Source: a bacterium
GTDB lineage: Bacteria; Bdellovibrionota_C; UBA2361; CALJRW01
NCBI GenBank assembly: GCA_031385045.1
Contig: JANNBC010000011.1
Span: 1-64,000 of the forward strand
DNA length: 64,000 nt
Reading direction: 5' to 3'
Part shown: in pieces, positions 39,278-48,961 of the stretch
How the letters are laid out: every line of letters starts with the position of its first letter
Numbering within the stretch: position 1 is the stretch's first letter
The notes under the pieces: model-generated
Seen by the model: the letters and a program-made list of their open reading frames with translations, nothing else
Told to the model about the DNA's origin: nothing
Database searches by the model: none
Position numbers and translations under genes: made by a program

Positions 39278-40129
39278 TTAACGAATTCGATTCGCTGCAT
39301 TTCTGGAGTTATACTGCTCAACAACAATAGCACTTCCATCTACGTACGCAATCTCAACGCCTTTGCCCTTTTTAAGCTCTGTTCCTCTAGAAATTACCGA
39401 ACCAATACGAAGTTGTGTTGGCTGTAAATCTAAAGAAAAGATAAAGCGTCCACCACCATTCTCATCATAAGCACCAGCGTGCACGACACCACGAAGAATC
39501 CCAAGGACAATCACATCCCCTCCAGCAACAATCTCAGCTCCGTAATTCACATCCCCTACAAGCACAATAGAATTTTCTGTTTCAATTTTTTGACCAGAGC
39601 GTAAAGTTGCGTGCACAATCATGGCATCGGGGTTATCCCAGAACATTGAATTAGCAAATGGCGAATTCTTAGATTTTGCTTCTGGAAAGCTAACATCAAA
39701 ATCATCTTTGGTAACTTCAGTCTCAATCGCTTCTGATAAATTTTCAATACCAGCAAAAAGTCCTGAGCGTGGAGTGGAACTTGTTCTTTCCGGTTGGAAA
39801 GAAGTCGTACGAGACACATGCAAGCCAGAGTAATCATCCATCGCATCGTCCTTGGAAGCAAACTCTTTATTTTGCACTTTAATTTGAAATTTTGTTTTTA
39901 ATAGCTCGATCACCTGAGCACAAAGCTCATCAGACGGGATCCCTTCACACCACTCTAAAATCACCTCATTTCCTGAAAGAAATGAGCGACGAGCTTCTAG
40001 ATAATCGGCAATCGCGTGAAGCAAGACTGAAGATTCCTCCGTAGCAAGCAATCTAAGAGTTAAACCATCCCCCGTTCCGCGGGCACTGACTAAGGAAGAA
40101 CCTGATTTGTTACTTGATTCGTTTTGCAT
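39278..40129 (-). CDS. minC: Septum site-determining protein MinC
   Basis: TLRSGQ, GDVNYGAEIVAGG, LRGVVHAG, QPTQLRIG. Confidence 0.92.
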   Translation of the reverse strand: MQNESSNKSGSSLVSARGTGDGLTLRLLATEESSVLLHAIADYLEARRSFLSGNEVILEWCEGIPSDELCAQVIELLKTKFQIKVQNKEFASKDDAMDDYSGLHVSRTTSFQPERTSSTPRSGLFAGIENLSEAIETEVTKDDFDVSFPEAKSKNSPFANSMFWDNPDAMIVHATLRSGQKIETENSIVLVGDVNYGAEIVAGGDVIVLGILRGVVHAGAYDENGGGRFIFSLDLQPTQLRIGSVISRGTELKKGKGVEIAYVDGSAIVVEQYNSRNAANRIR

Positions 40130-40241
40130 ATGGATTTTTACTTGGTTGGTTTAAACTACTTGTAGTATGCTTATAGCAAAATTAGATCTTCCTAGTCAAA
40201 TGAATTATCTTAGATAATCAGTTGGCAAAGGCTTACTAGTC

Positions 40242-40365
40242 ATATACGAAGCGACATTAAAATTTACTGAAAATTCAAATGCGCTTAGTATATCAAGTGC
40301 GAAGCACTTGAAGCGACCCTTGGGGGTCGCTCAGGCATTGAGTCTTATCCTATAAGGCTCAATGC
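40242..40365. repeat. Structured intergenic element: short TIR-like unit plus three tandem hairpins
   Basis: atatacgaagcg..cgcttagtatat (40242-40293); hairpins tcaagtgc-gaa-gcacttga, agcgaccc-ttgg-gggtcgct and gcattgagtcttat-cct-ataaggctcaatgc. Confidence 0.6.
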
Positions 40366-40377
40366 TGGGGAATACAC

Positions 40378-40458
40378 ATATACTAAAACCTAATAAACTG
40401 AAAAAGCCGCGGCTTTTTGCCAAGCAGTTAAGAAAAACCCTAGTGGGTTTTAGTATAT
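40378..40458. mobile_element. 81-bp MITE-like element
   Basis: 13-bp terminal inverted repeats atatactaaaacc/ggttttagtatat, central palindrome aaaaagccgcggcttttt, second partial copy at 1-45. Confidence 0.55.
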
Positions 40459-40567
40459 TTTGGATTTACTACATACTACTTCTTTGCCTAACAAATACCA
40501 AGTATTAACAGATTTCCAATGAAGTATTTTTACCCACTAAAGCTGTATAAATTTTAGATTTGCCATT

Positions 40568-41071
40568 ATGAAGAAAGCTAAATTAAGCCTCCCTAAATTA
40601 TCTAAAGTTGAATTTGCAAAATTCTTCTGCTCCGGCTTTTACACTGGAGAGTTCCCTTTTGCCCCCGGAACGGCTGGAAGCTTTGCCTACCTTTTAATTT
40701 GGTATTTCGTACTTTCCCCTAACTACCTTTGGCAATTAATCGCCCTAGTCCTTGTGACCACTATTGGCTGGATTCTAACCGCCTACCTACTCCCAAGAAT
40801 AAATCAGGATGGCAATAAAAAACACAACGACCCATCTTGGATTGTAATCGACGAATGGGCTGGCCTGGCCATAGCCTTCCTAGCCGTAGACCCCAAAAAT
40901 GTATGGCAAATAATCGCCGCCTTTGCTCTATTTCGCTTCTTTGATGCCACCAAGATTTGGCCAGTAAGTTATGCAGAAAAAAAGGCTGGGGCGGCTGGGG
41001 TGATGTTGGATGATATTGTTGCTGGGGTATTGAGCGTTATAATTCTAGCCTGCGCTCAATTTTTAATATAA
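40568..41071 (+). CDS. pgpA: Phosphatidylglycerophosphatase A
   Basis: APGTAGS, DPSWIVIDEWAG, FRFFDATKIWP, GVMLDDIVAG. Confidence 0.93.
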   Translation: MKKAKLSLPKLSKVEFAKFFCSGFYTGEFPFAPGTAGSFAYLLIWYFVLSPNYLWQLIALVLVTTIGWILTAYLLPRINQDGNKKHNDPSWIVIDEWAGLAIAFLAVDPKNVWQIIAAFALFRFFDATKIWPVSYAEKKAGAAGVMLDDIVAGVLSVIILACAQFLI

Positions 41072-41212
41072 ACAGCTGGGCATTCAATTTAAGACTAAAA
41101 AGTTGCCTATCTTTCCAAGACTTTTCTTGGCCCTTGAATAAAAAGCACTACATTGCTTAAATCTCTAAACATAAAACATATGCTATAAAACAAATTATTA
41201 GCTTAATTATAC

Positions 41213-44200
41213 TTACTGAGCACTTCCCGTTTCATCTTCTTGCAGACTAGATAACATCTGCGTCAAGATACCTCTCATTGCTTTTCTAGTAGCCGGATCC
41301 ATCGGAACTTCAGGAAGAGGCACTGCATTAGGCTGTACTTGCTCAGTACCAGGTGCCCTCTCCTCACTTACAGAATTTATCGGAAGCTCTGAAAGAACCT
41401 TTGATGCAAAAATATTCATCGCGCTATCATTAGGATTAAATTGCAAAACATGAGGATTTTCAACAGGCCTACGAACATAAAACTGGTTAGACCACCTTTC
41501 TAAACTATCGGCTGTTATTACATGATAACCAATCTGGCGAGCACCAATTACCAACCGAAAATACTCATCATGTAACTCCAAATCATCGGAGTAAGCTCTC
41601 GGATTATTTGTAAGTGCTGGTTGATCACTCCTATATGTAAAGTGATTATAAATCTGCATATTTGAATAAACAACATGATACAAATATGCTTGAAATTTTC
41701 CTATGGTGATTGGATCTGAAACGGAATCAAAGTAAGCTTCCAAAGCTACTATTTTAATTTGATCTTCTTTACTCCATCTCTCCTCGTCATTTCGATCTCG
41801 CTCCTCAACATGCCTCTTAAATAAGGCAGCATCGTAAGCTAGCTCTGCAAGTTGCTTACTACTTAGTGTGTTTGAATTAAATGCGTAAACTAATGGATAA
41901 ATATTAAAAGGGCTATTCTGTACTAACTCCATAAACTCCTCTGTTTTGACTGTAGGATCAAAACAAGCTCTAAAAAGATTAGCCTCTGCCTTAGTTTCGG
42001 TTAGAAGCCATACTCCTTCTCTATATTTGATTATTTCACTCCCTGATACCTTTTTTTCGAATGGCACTTGGGCAAATTTATTTAGGTTAGCGATGAAGTC
42101 ACCTAACTGCCCATCTAGACTATCAATAAACTGAGAAACCTGAATTTTCTCTCTCGATCTCATTATATCATAGACTTCAATGAAAGGATTATTAGCATTT
42201 TCAGCTGCAAAGCGAATATCATCAATTGCTCGCGATGAGATATTTGCGGACGAAGATAGCTCACCTAACCCTTGAATCGCAAGCAAGGCTTCCTTAACTT
42301 TAATAAAATGGCGCGCATCACTCTCAAAAACAATCTCTGCGATTGCCTGTAATCTCAACTCTAATCTTCTAGTTAAAGCTGCTTGATCACCATTATGATA
42401 ATTACGATTAAAACAATGCATAACATACGGTAGGGCAACTAAAACTGAATGTGCTTCTTGATTTGTATTCGTTTCATCATAATTTTTAAAAATGCGAATT
42501 ACATCTCGCATAATTTGGAACTGCCCCTTCTGCCCGCAACTCTCTCTATAGATATAATTAAAAGTAGTTTTTAATAAGTTTGCTGAATATGGTGCCTGCA
42601 GCGACGAAAATCCAGTAGCATCATATTCAAATAAACCAGCAGAAATTATATTTCTAAAACCTTGAGTATTTACTCCAGCATCAGTCTCTTGAGATACTAA
42701 CCTCTCCCCAACCATCAACTTAGCGATATAGTGGCTTAAAGGGTCTTGTCTGTGGCCTAGAGAAATAGACTGCAACTCTGATATCAATTCAAATTGTCGA
42801 TTTCTGGATTGTTCAAGGTAATAGCGAAGGGCTAAAGCAAAATTTACTACTGGAATAGAGGTCGATCCATTTTCCTTTACAAGCATTAAATCAACTTGTT
42901 CAACAAGTTTGCCGACTAAACTTGGATCTACCTCACTAAACAATGGTAAAGTACTAAATTCTTTTATAAGATCTAAGATTACACTATGCATTGATGTTCT
43001 ATCTTGAGGCAAGAGATCATGTTTCATGACTGAAAAAGCAGGAATACCGATGGCATAAGCTTGAGTATCTGCAGCTTTAAGTAACATATCTATTTGAATT
43101 GCAGGATGCTTTGCATTTGATGAAAAAATTCCTCGCTGCTGAGAATCCCCTTTAGTCCTATCTTCAACTTTAATATCTTCTAATAAATATTGGGCTAATT
43201 CTGGACCAGAGATAAATCTTCGATCTCCAAACTGAAGACTTATTAAAGATTCATTAAGTTGACCTAAAAGAATATCATTATCGGTTTTTCTTGAATCTAG
43301 TTGCGTATCTGAACGAAGTGGGATCTTAATCTTATCTACTACCGATTTTCTTTCTTGAATTCCCCATTGCTTCCCATTTATGCCCGGCCTAGCTAGATTA
43401 TCTAAAGTATCAAAGTAGCTTGGGACATCAGTTAATTTATAAAGTAGGATCTCAGGGAAAAATAATTCCCTAAAAATTGGGTTAATTTGCTTCCAGTCTT
43501 TCGCCATTTCAGTTTCGATTTTATCCTTGGATAAATCATTACCAAAGATTACAATCAATTCGAATCTAATAACATGCATGATCTTAGCAAGACGAGTTTG
43601 CTCATCGACAGCACCTTCAGGGTGAAGCTCCTTATGACGCAAAGCCCAATTCAAATTTTGCAAAAGATCATTCTGACTTCTTGAAGCTTCCGTTCTTAAA
43701 GGACTCATAGTCATAATATCATCATCGCTACCATACGAAAGATACCCACTATCGTTTGGCACTTTATGCAAAAGAAATGTCAGAACTGAATTTTGAACAT
43801 CAACCATATTCCTGACCGCCTCAGGCCAAATACAAAGCTGACAATCCTCAGAATCTTCTGGGAGATTTTTAAATTTAAAATCTGGCTCAAGAATACAATT
43901 TAATGTTGTCGCTAAAATCCTACTTACAACATGAATATCATTTTGAAATCCAGAATAATCTTGATAATGATTAAATGTTAAAACAACCTGATCCCAAAGC
44001 AATTTAAAGGCAATCCTACTTACCTTATCACTAACTGGCCTCTCACCATCTGCTAGACCTAATCTATCTTGAGGAAAGATCAAACCTGCGATTGTTGGTT
44101 GCGCAATTAAAACTAATGAATCAGCAACCGCTTTATAAACAATCTGCAAAGCACTAAGCGAAGAATAATCTCTTTTAAAGTTACCATTTTCTCGAACCTC

Positions 44201-44749
44201 CTGAATCAGCGCCCCCAGATTTTGATTCAAGATACTTTTAGGAGAGAATACTGTATCCTTTCTATGTTCTGTCTGATAAATTTTATCAAGTACGTTAACA
44301 GCAGCAACCCCATTGAAAATTAAATCTTGAATAATTAACGAGCCCACTCTATTTGAATCTTGCCCATGGAGCGCAAACTGGTTCCATTCTTTAATGTCAT
44401 TACGGGCACCACTTGCCTGACCAAGCCAAACACCATTAATTGACTGCGCAGCATCAAAACATCGAGTAAAATAATGAATGATAAAGGTACAATCTTTAGC
44501 GTCTAAAGTATCATATATATTTTTCAAGCCAGACGTATCCTTTACCCAAGTAGCTTCAGGGCTTAAGATCTTGGCGCTAAGCGCATGAATCAAGTTAGTA
44601 GAACTCAAATCACGTAGATAATCTGCAGGGACAAAAGACCGCAAATCAAATTCAGTAGATATTTTCAATCGCTCCAATTGCGCGACAAACTGTACTTCAA
44701 TTTCACGATGATTTAGTAATGGACTATTGGTTTGATGATAACTAGCCAT
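41213..44749 (-). CDS. Large hypothetical protein (1178 aa), paralog of 44896-48669
   Basis: Long ORF; shared blocks such as QEAHSVLVALPYV, YNHFTYR and FFPEIL; no signal peptide or TM recognised. Confidence 0.85.
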   Translation of the reverse strand: MASYHQTNSPLLNHREIEVQFVAQLERLKISTEFDLRSFVPADYLRDLSSTNLIHALSAKILSPEATWVKDTSGLKNIYDTLDAKDCTFIIHYFTRCFDAAQSINGVWLGQASGARNDIKEWNQFALHGQDSNRVGSLIIQDLIFNGVAAVNVLDKIYQTEHRKDTVFSPKSILNQNLGALIQEVRENGNFKRDYSSLSALQIVYKAVADSLVLIAQPTIAGLIFPQDRLGLADGERPVSDKVSRIAFKLLWDQVVLTFNHYQDYSGFQNDIHVVSRILATTLNCILEPDFKFKNLPEDSEDCQLCIWPEAVRNMVDVQNSVLTFLLHKVPNDSGYLSYGSDDDIMTMSPLRTEASRSQNDLLQNLNWALRHKELHPEGAVDEQTRLAKIMHVIRFELIVIFGNDLSKDKIETEMAKDWKQINPIFRELFFPEILLYKLTDVPSYFDTLDNLARPGINGKQWGIQERKSVVDKIKIPLRSDTQLDSRKTDNDILLGQLNESLISLQFGDRRFISGPELAQYLLEDIKVEDRTKGDSQQRGIFSSNAKHPAIQIDMLLKAADTQAYAIGIPAFSVMKHDLLPQDRTSMHSVILDLIKEFSTLPLFSEVDPSLVGKLVEQVDLMLVKENGSTSIPVVNFALALRYYLEQSRNRQFELISELQSISLGHRQDPLSHYIAKLMVGERLVSQETDAGVNTQGFRNIISAGLFEYDATGFSSLQAPYSANLLKTTFNYIYRESCGQKGQFQIMRDVIRIFKNYDETNTNQEAHSVLVALPYVMHCFNRNYHNGDQAALTRRLELRLQAIAEIVFESDARHFIKVKEALLAIQGLGELSSSANISSRAIDDIRFAAENANNPFIEVYDIMRSREKIQVSQFIDSLDGQLGDFIANLNKFAQVPFEKKVSGSEIIKYREGVWLLTETKAEANLFRACFDPTVKTEEFMELVQNSPFNIYPLVYAFNSNTLSSKQLAELAYDAALFKRHVEERDRNDEERWSKEDQIKIVALEAYFDSVSDPITIGKFQAYLYHVVYSNMQIYNHFTYRSDQPALTNNPRAYSDDLELHDEYFRLVIGARQIGYHVITADSLERWSNQFYVRRPVENPHVLQFNPNDSAMNIFASKVLSELPINSVSEERAPGTEQVQPNAVPLPEVPMDPATRKAMRGILTQMLSSLQEDETGSAQ

Positions 44750-44895
44750 GATTAATTTATTATAAATTTTTAATCAAAAACTTATCATAAACTGAATCGC
44801 TAAGAAATCTAGACGACTTAAAGTACTAATATCATCAAGATTTTTATACAATAACTAAGTTAAACATTATATTATTAGTAATAAGGAGAAATAAA

Positions 44896-47800
44896 CTAAT
44901 TCAGCCCGCCCAAATACTGTTTAGTTAATTCAACTTTTTCATCATTAGAGAGATCTGGATTTGCCAGTAAGCCTGCCAATAGAACTTTGGTTAAATGTGA
45001 GGAATTTGCAGGTATTTTTAGTGATTCTTGATCAAGCTTAGTATTTTCTTGCTCAGTTTCTTCTTCCGCAAGCGTCTTAGCCATATAAGTTGTGATGGCT
45101 GATTTTTCTGGATCAAAGTGAATCATTTCAGCCTTATGCGACCAACTAGAAGAATGAATCTTTGCAGACCAATTAGCTAAAGAACTAGAAACGGCCTTAT
45201 CATAACTCATACCTCTAGCACCAACTACTAAACGGTAGAACTCATCATGTAAACGTGAATCATCCGCACGCACTCTTGGATTACTAGTTAAACCAGGCTG
45301 ATCTCGACGATAAGTAAAATGATTATAGATCTCCATGTTGGTATAGAGAACGTGATAAAAATAAGACTGATACTTCAATCTTAATTCTTTTTTCTTCTGC
45401 GCAATTTCAGCATGAAGCAATTCTTGATCGACTTCGATAACCTTAACATTTTCGTTGTTGTCAGTAGCTTCTGCCCCAGCTAGCTCTAAGTTTGCTTTCT
45501 CAGCATTAGCAATATGTTTCTCCCTTACAGTACTTGCAACTTGAGTTAATGAATCAGCGAAAAATTTATTTAAGCTTGCTAAGTTCTTTCCTTTATCTGC
45601 GTGATTATCACCAAAAAGGCTTGCATCATAAGCTAACTTTGCCAGATCACCCGGCTGTAATGCTGGCATTTCTAAGGCCAACAAAAATGGATAATTATTA
45701 AAAGGTCCTTTTTCTACTTCTTCTTTATAAGCATCTATGGTTACATTACTATCAAGGCAAGCCTTAAAAATTTTAGCTTCAGCTGCTGTTTCATCTAGTA
45801 ACCATCTACCTTCAACTAATTCTATCCTTTTCTTAAACCACTTTGTTTCCTCGGCTGCTACATTTTGAGTACCTGAACTATCCAAAGAAGAGTCAGCATC
45901 AGAAGCTATGCTCTCTCTTTTAGGCTTTTCATCTTCGCCTGCTAAATAAATTAATTTATCAAGACGATCTTGATAATTTGCAAGTCCCGCTTGCAAATCA
46001 GAACCAGAGATTATCGAAATGAATGCTGGTAAATCAATTGACTGCCTCGCATTCATAATATCATAAACCTCGACAAAGGGATTATGATCATACTCAACAG
46101 ACTTTGAACTTCTAACGAGAGCATCATCAGGTAAATCCTTACCTAAAGCCTTCATTGCTGTTTTTACAGGCTCAAATAACTTGGAGTCTTCACCAATACC
46201 AAAAACAACTCCCTGAATAAGATCTAACCTCTCTGCTAAATTAAACTTAGCAAGGCCATCGGTTCCTTTTAAACGATTAAGAACATACGGCAATGCAACT
46301 AAGACCGAATGCGCCTCTTGCATACCACCATTTGTCTGATCATAATTTTTAAAGATCTGGATCACATCTTTCATAATCTGTAATCCATCAGGTTGCTCTT
46401 GTATATTCTTATATATAAATCTGAATATCGTCTCATTTAAACGGAGCGGGTATGGGCTATGTACGAAAGTAAAATTAGACATGTTAAACATGAATAGATT
46501 CGTTCCAATTTCATTTCGTAAGCTAAATTTAGATCCAGGATTTGGCTTGTCATTTGGATCTTTAACAATTCCCTCTTTCGGAACTACACAAGCACCATGC
46601 ATCAAACTTGCAATAACTTGACACTTATCATCCTGTCTATGTCCATCGATGATACATTTTAATTCCGCGGCAAGATCATATTGCTTATTACGAGTCTGTT
46701 CTAATAAATATGCCAATGCCATGCCAAAATTATTTACCTTTATGCCTGTTTCCTGAGTCTGAAACATGGCATCAATTTTCTCTTTAAGCACAAGCTTCTC
46801 CATCGGGTCGTTAGCAAGTGCCACAAGACCCATTGAATTAGCATTTGGTAATGTTCCAAAATCTTCAACAATCTTTAATATTAAATTTCGCGTTGCTTCA
46901 TTCAAATCGGCAGTCTTTGTATGACTCTTCTGCGCAGTTGCCAATCTTTGTTTAAAGCCAACAAATTGACCTTGCGCGACAGCACCTTCACAATAAACAT
47001 CAAGCGTTGCCGCTTTTAATAATTGATCTTCTTGTAATTTACGATGGTTAGATTTCGCTGAAAAAATACCCTTCAGTGCAGATTCTCCTTCAACTTTATC
47101 CGAGCCATCAATCAGAAATTTTGCTAACTCTACTCCTGAGTGAAATCTCCTATCTCCAATTTGCAAACTCAGTAAAGATCGATTTAATTCTTTTAAATTA
47201 TCTGGAGCTTCTGGCTTAAGTGGGATTGCTAGTCGTTCAATTAAATTTTTTCTCTCTTCGGCAGATAAATTTACACCGACTAGCTCTGGTCGCACCAATT
47301 TATTTAACTCATTAAAGTAAATAGAAGTAGGGTCAGTTAATTTAAAATGAAGAATCTCAGGGAAGAACATTTCTTGAAAAACCTGATTCATATCTTTCCA
47401 ATCTTTGGCCATTTCTTTCTTGACGGTATCTACAGAAAGGTTTTCACCAAAAATTGTCATTAACTGAAAACGAACTACATCAGTAATTCCAGTTAATCTT
47501 GCTTGTTCATAAATAACACCATCTGTGTACAACTCTGTGTGTCTAATCTTCCAGTTAATATATTTATAAAGATCATTTCTAGCCCCATTATCTTCACCTC
47601 TTAAAGGAGAGCTAATCATCCAACCATCATCTGCTAAATAACCTAGAAATCCATTATCATTTGGAACTTTCGAAAAGAGAAAGGTCTGCACGGTATTTTG
47701 CAAACTCACAGAGGTTTTGATTGCCTCGGGCCAACGAGTAATGTGGCATACATCAGAGCTTGCAGGTAAATTTTTAAAGTCAAAGTCTGGCTCTTTCAAA

Positions 47801-48669
47801 CATCGGAGCGTTGTCATCAAGACCCTATTCACAATTGGGGAATCTCGATCAAACCCTGGCATTTGATCATAGTGATTTAAGGTTGCAACTGACTGATCCC
47901 AAAATAACTTTGTTGCCAAGGTGCTAACTCGATCTTCAATATCACTTAACTGCACATCATTATCAGTTGCTCCTTTCTGAGTAGATGTAACCATTCCAAA
48001 TTTTTTTGGTTCATAAATAAGCTGCAAAGACTCCGCAACAGATTTATAGATAATCTGCAAAGAGCCCAAGGCAGAATAAGGCTCTTTAAAACCACCATCC
48101 TCACGCAATTCTTTTAAAAATGCTCCAAGGTTTTGATCCAGAATTTTCTGTGGTGAGAATGGAGTATCTTTCCTAACTTGAAGTTTAAAGACTTCCTCCA
48201 GAGCTTTAATTGCGGCTATGCCATTAACGACCAAATCCTGCATAACCTGACAACCTGGTCGCGCAAGATTGTCAGTCAATAAAGATACAGTCTTCCACTC
48301 TTTAACATCATTACGATCACCACTTTTATCACCAAGCCAAACCAAATGTCGCTTTTGGGCTTTATCGAAAAACTTAGTTGTTTTATCAATTAATTCGTTA
48401 GTATCAGCTCCAAAAATTTTCCCATAGGCGATCTTTAATTCCTCATTTAATTTTCCAAAATCTGTTCCTGAAGTCGTTGCTGCTTGACTAAGTTTATGCA
48501 CTAAATTTGCTGAGCTTAATCTATAACTAATACTTTTTGGAAGACATTCCCGAATATCAAATTCAGCGGCATTATCAAGCCTTGATAAATTATCTAAAAA
48601 TTCCTGGTTAATGTCGACACGACTGACAACTGGTTTTGGTGATGATGGATTACTAACAGCTTCTGGCAT
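44896..48669 (-). CDS. Large hypothetical protein (1257 aa), paralog of 41213-44749
   Basis: Long ORF with colinear similarity to its neighbour; S/P-rich N-terminus. Confidence 0.85.
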   Translation of the reverse strand: MPEAVSNPSSPKPVVSRVDINQEFLDNLSRLDNAAEFDIRECLPKSISYRLSSANLVHKLSQAATTSGTDFGKLNEELKIAYGKIFGADTNELIDKTTKFFDKAQKRHLVWLGDKSGDRNDVKEWKTVSLLTDNLARPGCQVMQDLVVNGIAAIKALEEVFKLQVRKDTPFSPQKILDQNLGAFLKELREDGGFKEPYSALGSLQIIYKSVAESLQLIYEPKKFGMVTSTQKGATDNDVQLSDIEDRVSTLATKLFWDQSVATLNHYDQMPGFDRDSPIVNRVLMTTLRCLKEPDFDFKNLPASSDVCHITRWPEAIKTSVSLQNTVQTFLFSKVPNDNGFLGYLADDGWMISSPLRGEDNGARNDLYKYINWKIRHTELYTDGVIYEQARLTGITDVVRFQLMTIFGENLSVDTVKKEMAKDWKDMNQVFQEMFFPEILHFKLTDPTSIYFNELNKLVRPELVGVNLSAEERKNLIERLAIPLKPEAPDNLKELNRSLLSLQIGDRRFHSGVELAKFLIDGSDKVEGESALKGIFSAKSNHRKLQEDQLLKAATLDVYCEGAVAQGQFVGFKQRLATAQKSHTKTADLNEATRNLILKIVEDFGTLPNANSMGLVALANDPMEKLVLKEKIDAMFQTQETGIKVNNFGMALAYLLEQTRNKQYDLAAELKCIIDGHRQDDKCQVIASLMHGACVVPKEGIVKDPNDKPNPGSKFSLRNEIGTNLFMFNMSNFTFVHSPYPLRLNETIFRFIYKNIQEQPDGLQIMKDVIQIFKNYDQTNGGMQEAHSVLVALPYVLNRLKGTDGLAKFNLAERLDLIQGVVFGIGEDSKLFEPVKTAMKALGKDLPDDALVRSSKSVEYDHNPFVEVYDIMNARQSIDLPAFISIISGSDLQAGLANYQDRLDKLIYLAGEDEKPKRESIASDADSSLDSSGTQNVAAEETKWFKKRIELVEGRWLLDETAAEAKIFKACLDSNVTIDAYKEEVEKGPFNNYPFLLALEMPALQPGDLAKLAYDASLFGDNHADKGKNLASLNKFFADSLTQVASTVREKHIANAEKANLELAGAEATDNNENVKVIEVDQELLHAEIAQKKKELRLKYQSYFYHVLYTNMEIYNHFTYRRDQPGLTSNPRVRADDSRLHDEFYRLVVGARGMSYDKAVSSSLANWSAKIHSSSWSHKAEMIHFDPEKSAITTYMAKTLAEEETEQENTKLDQESLKIPANSSHLTKVLLAGLLANPDLSNDEKVELTKQYLGGLN

Positions 48670-48908
48670 CTTTACTTAATTAACTAATTATCCTTAATTT
48701 GCATGAGTATTTAAACCAATACTTTAATTGAGAAACTCATCTTATAACTAATAAAGATAAGAAAACTCAGTAGCACATACCCTTACGTCTCATTGTGTCG
48801 ACAGTTTGATCCTATAAATTAAGCTCTTTTTACGCATATAAGTAGCTAAATTCTTTAAATAAATGCTGATATTCAGAACTAGGGAAGGTTCTGACTTATT
48901 AAAACATG

Positions 48909-48946
48909 ATTAGGCGAGTGAAAGCTTAAACTTCCAATCGCCTAAT
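48909..48946 (-). terminator. Possible terminator hairpin after the 627-aa gene
   Basis: attaggcga...tcgcctaat stem 15 nt past the stop. Confidence 0.45.
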
Positions 48947-48961
48947 TTGATAGCAAATTTA

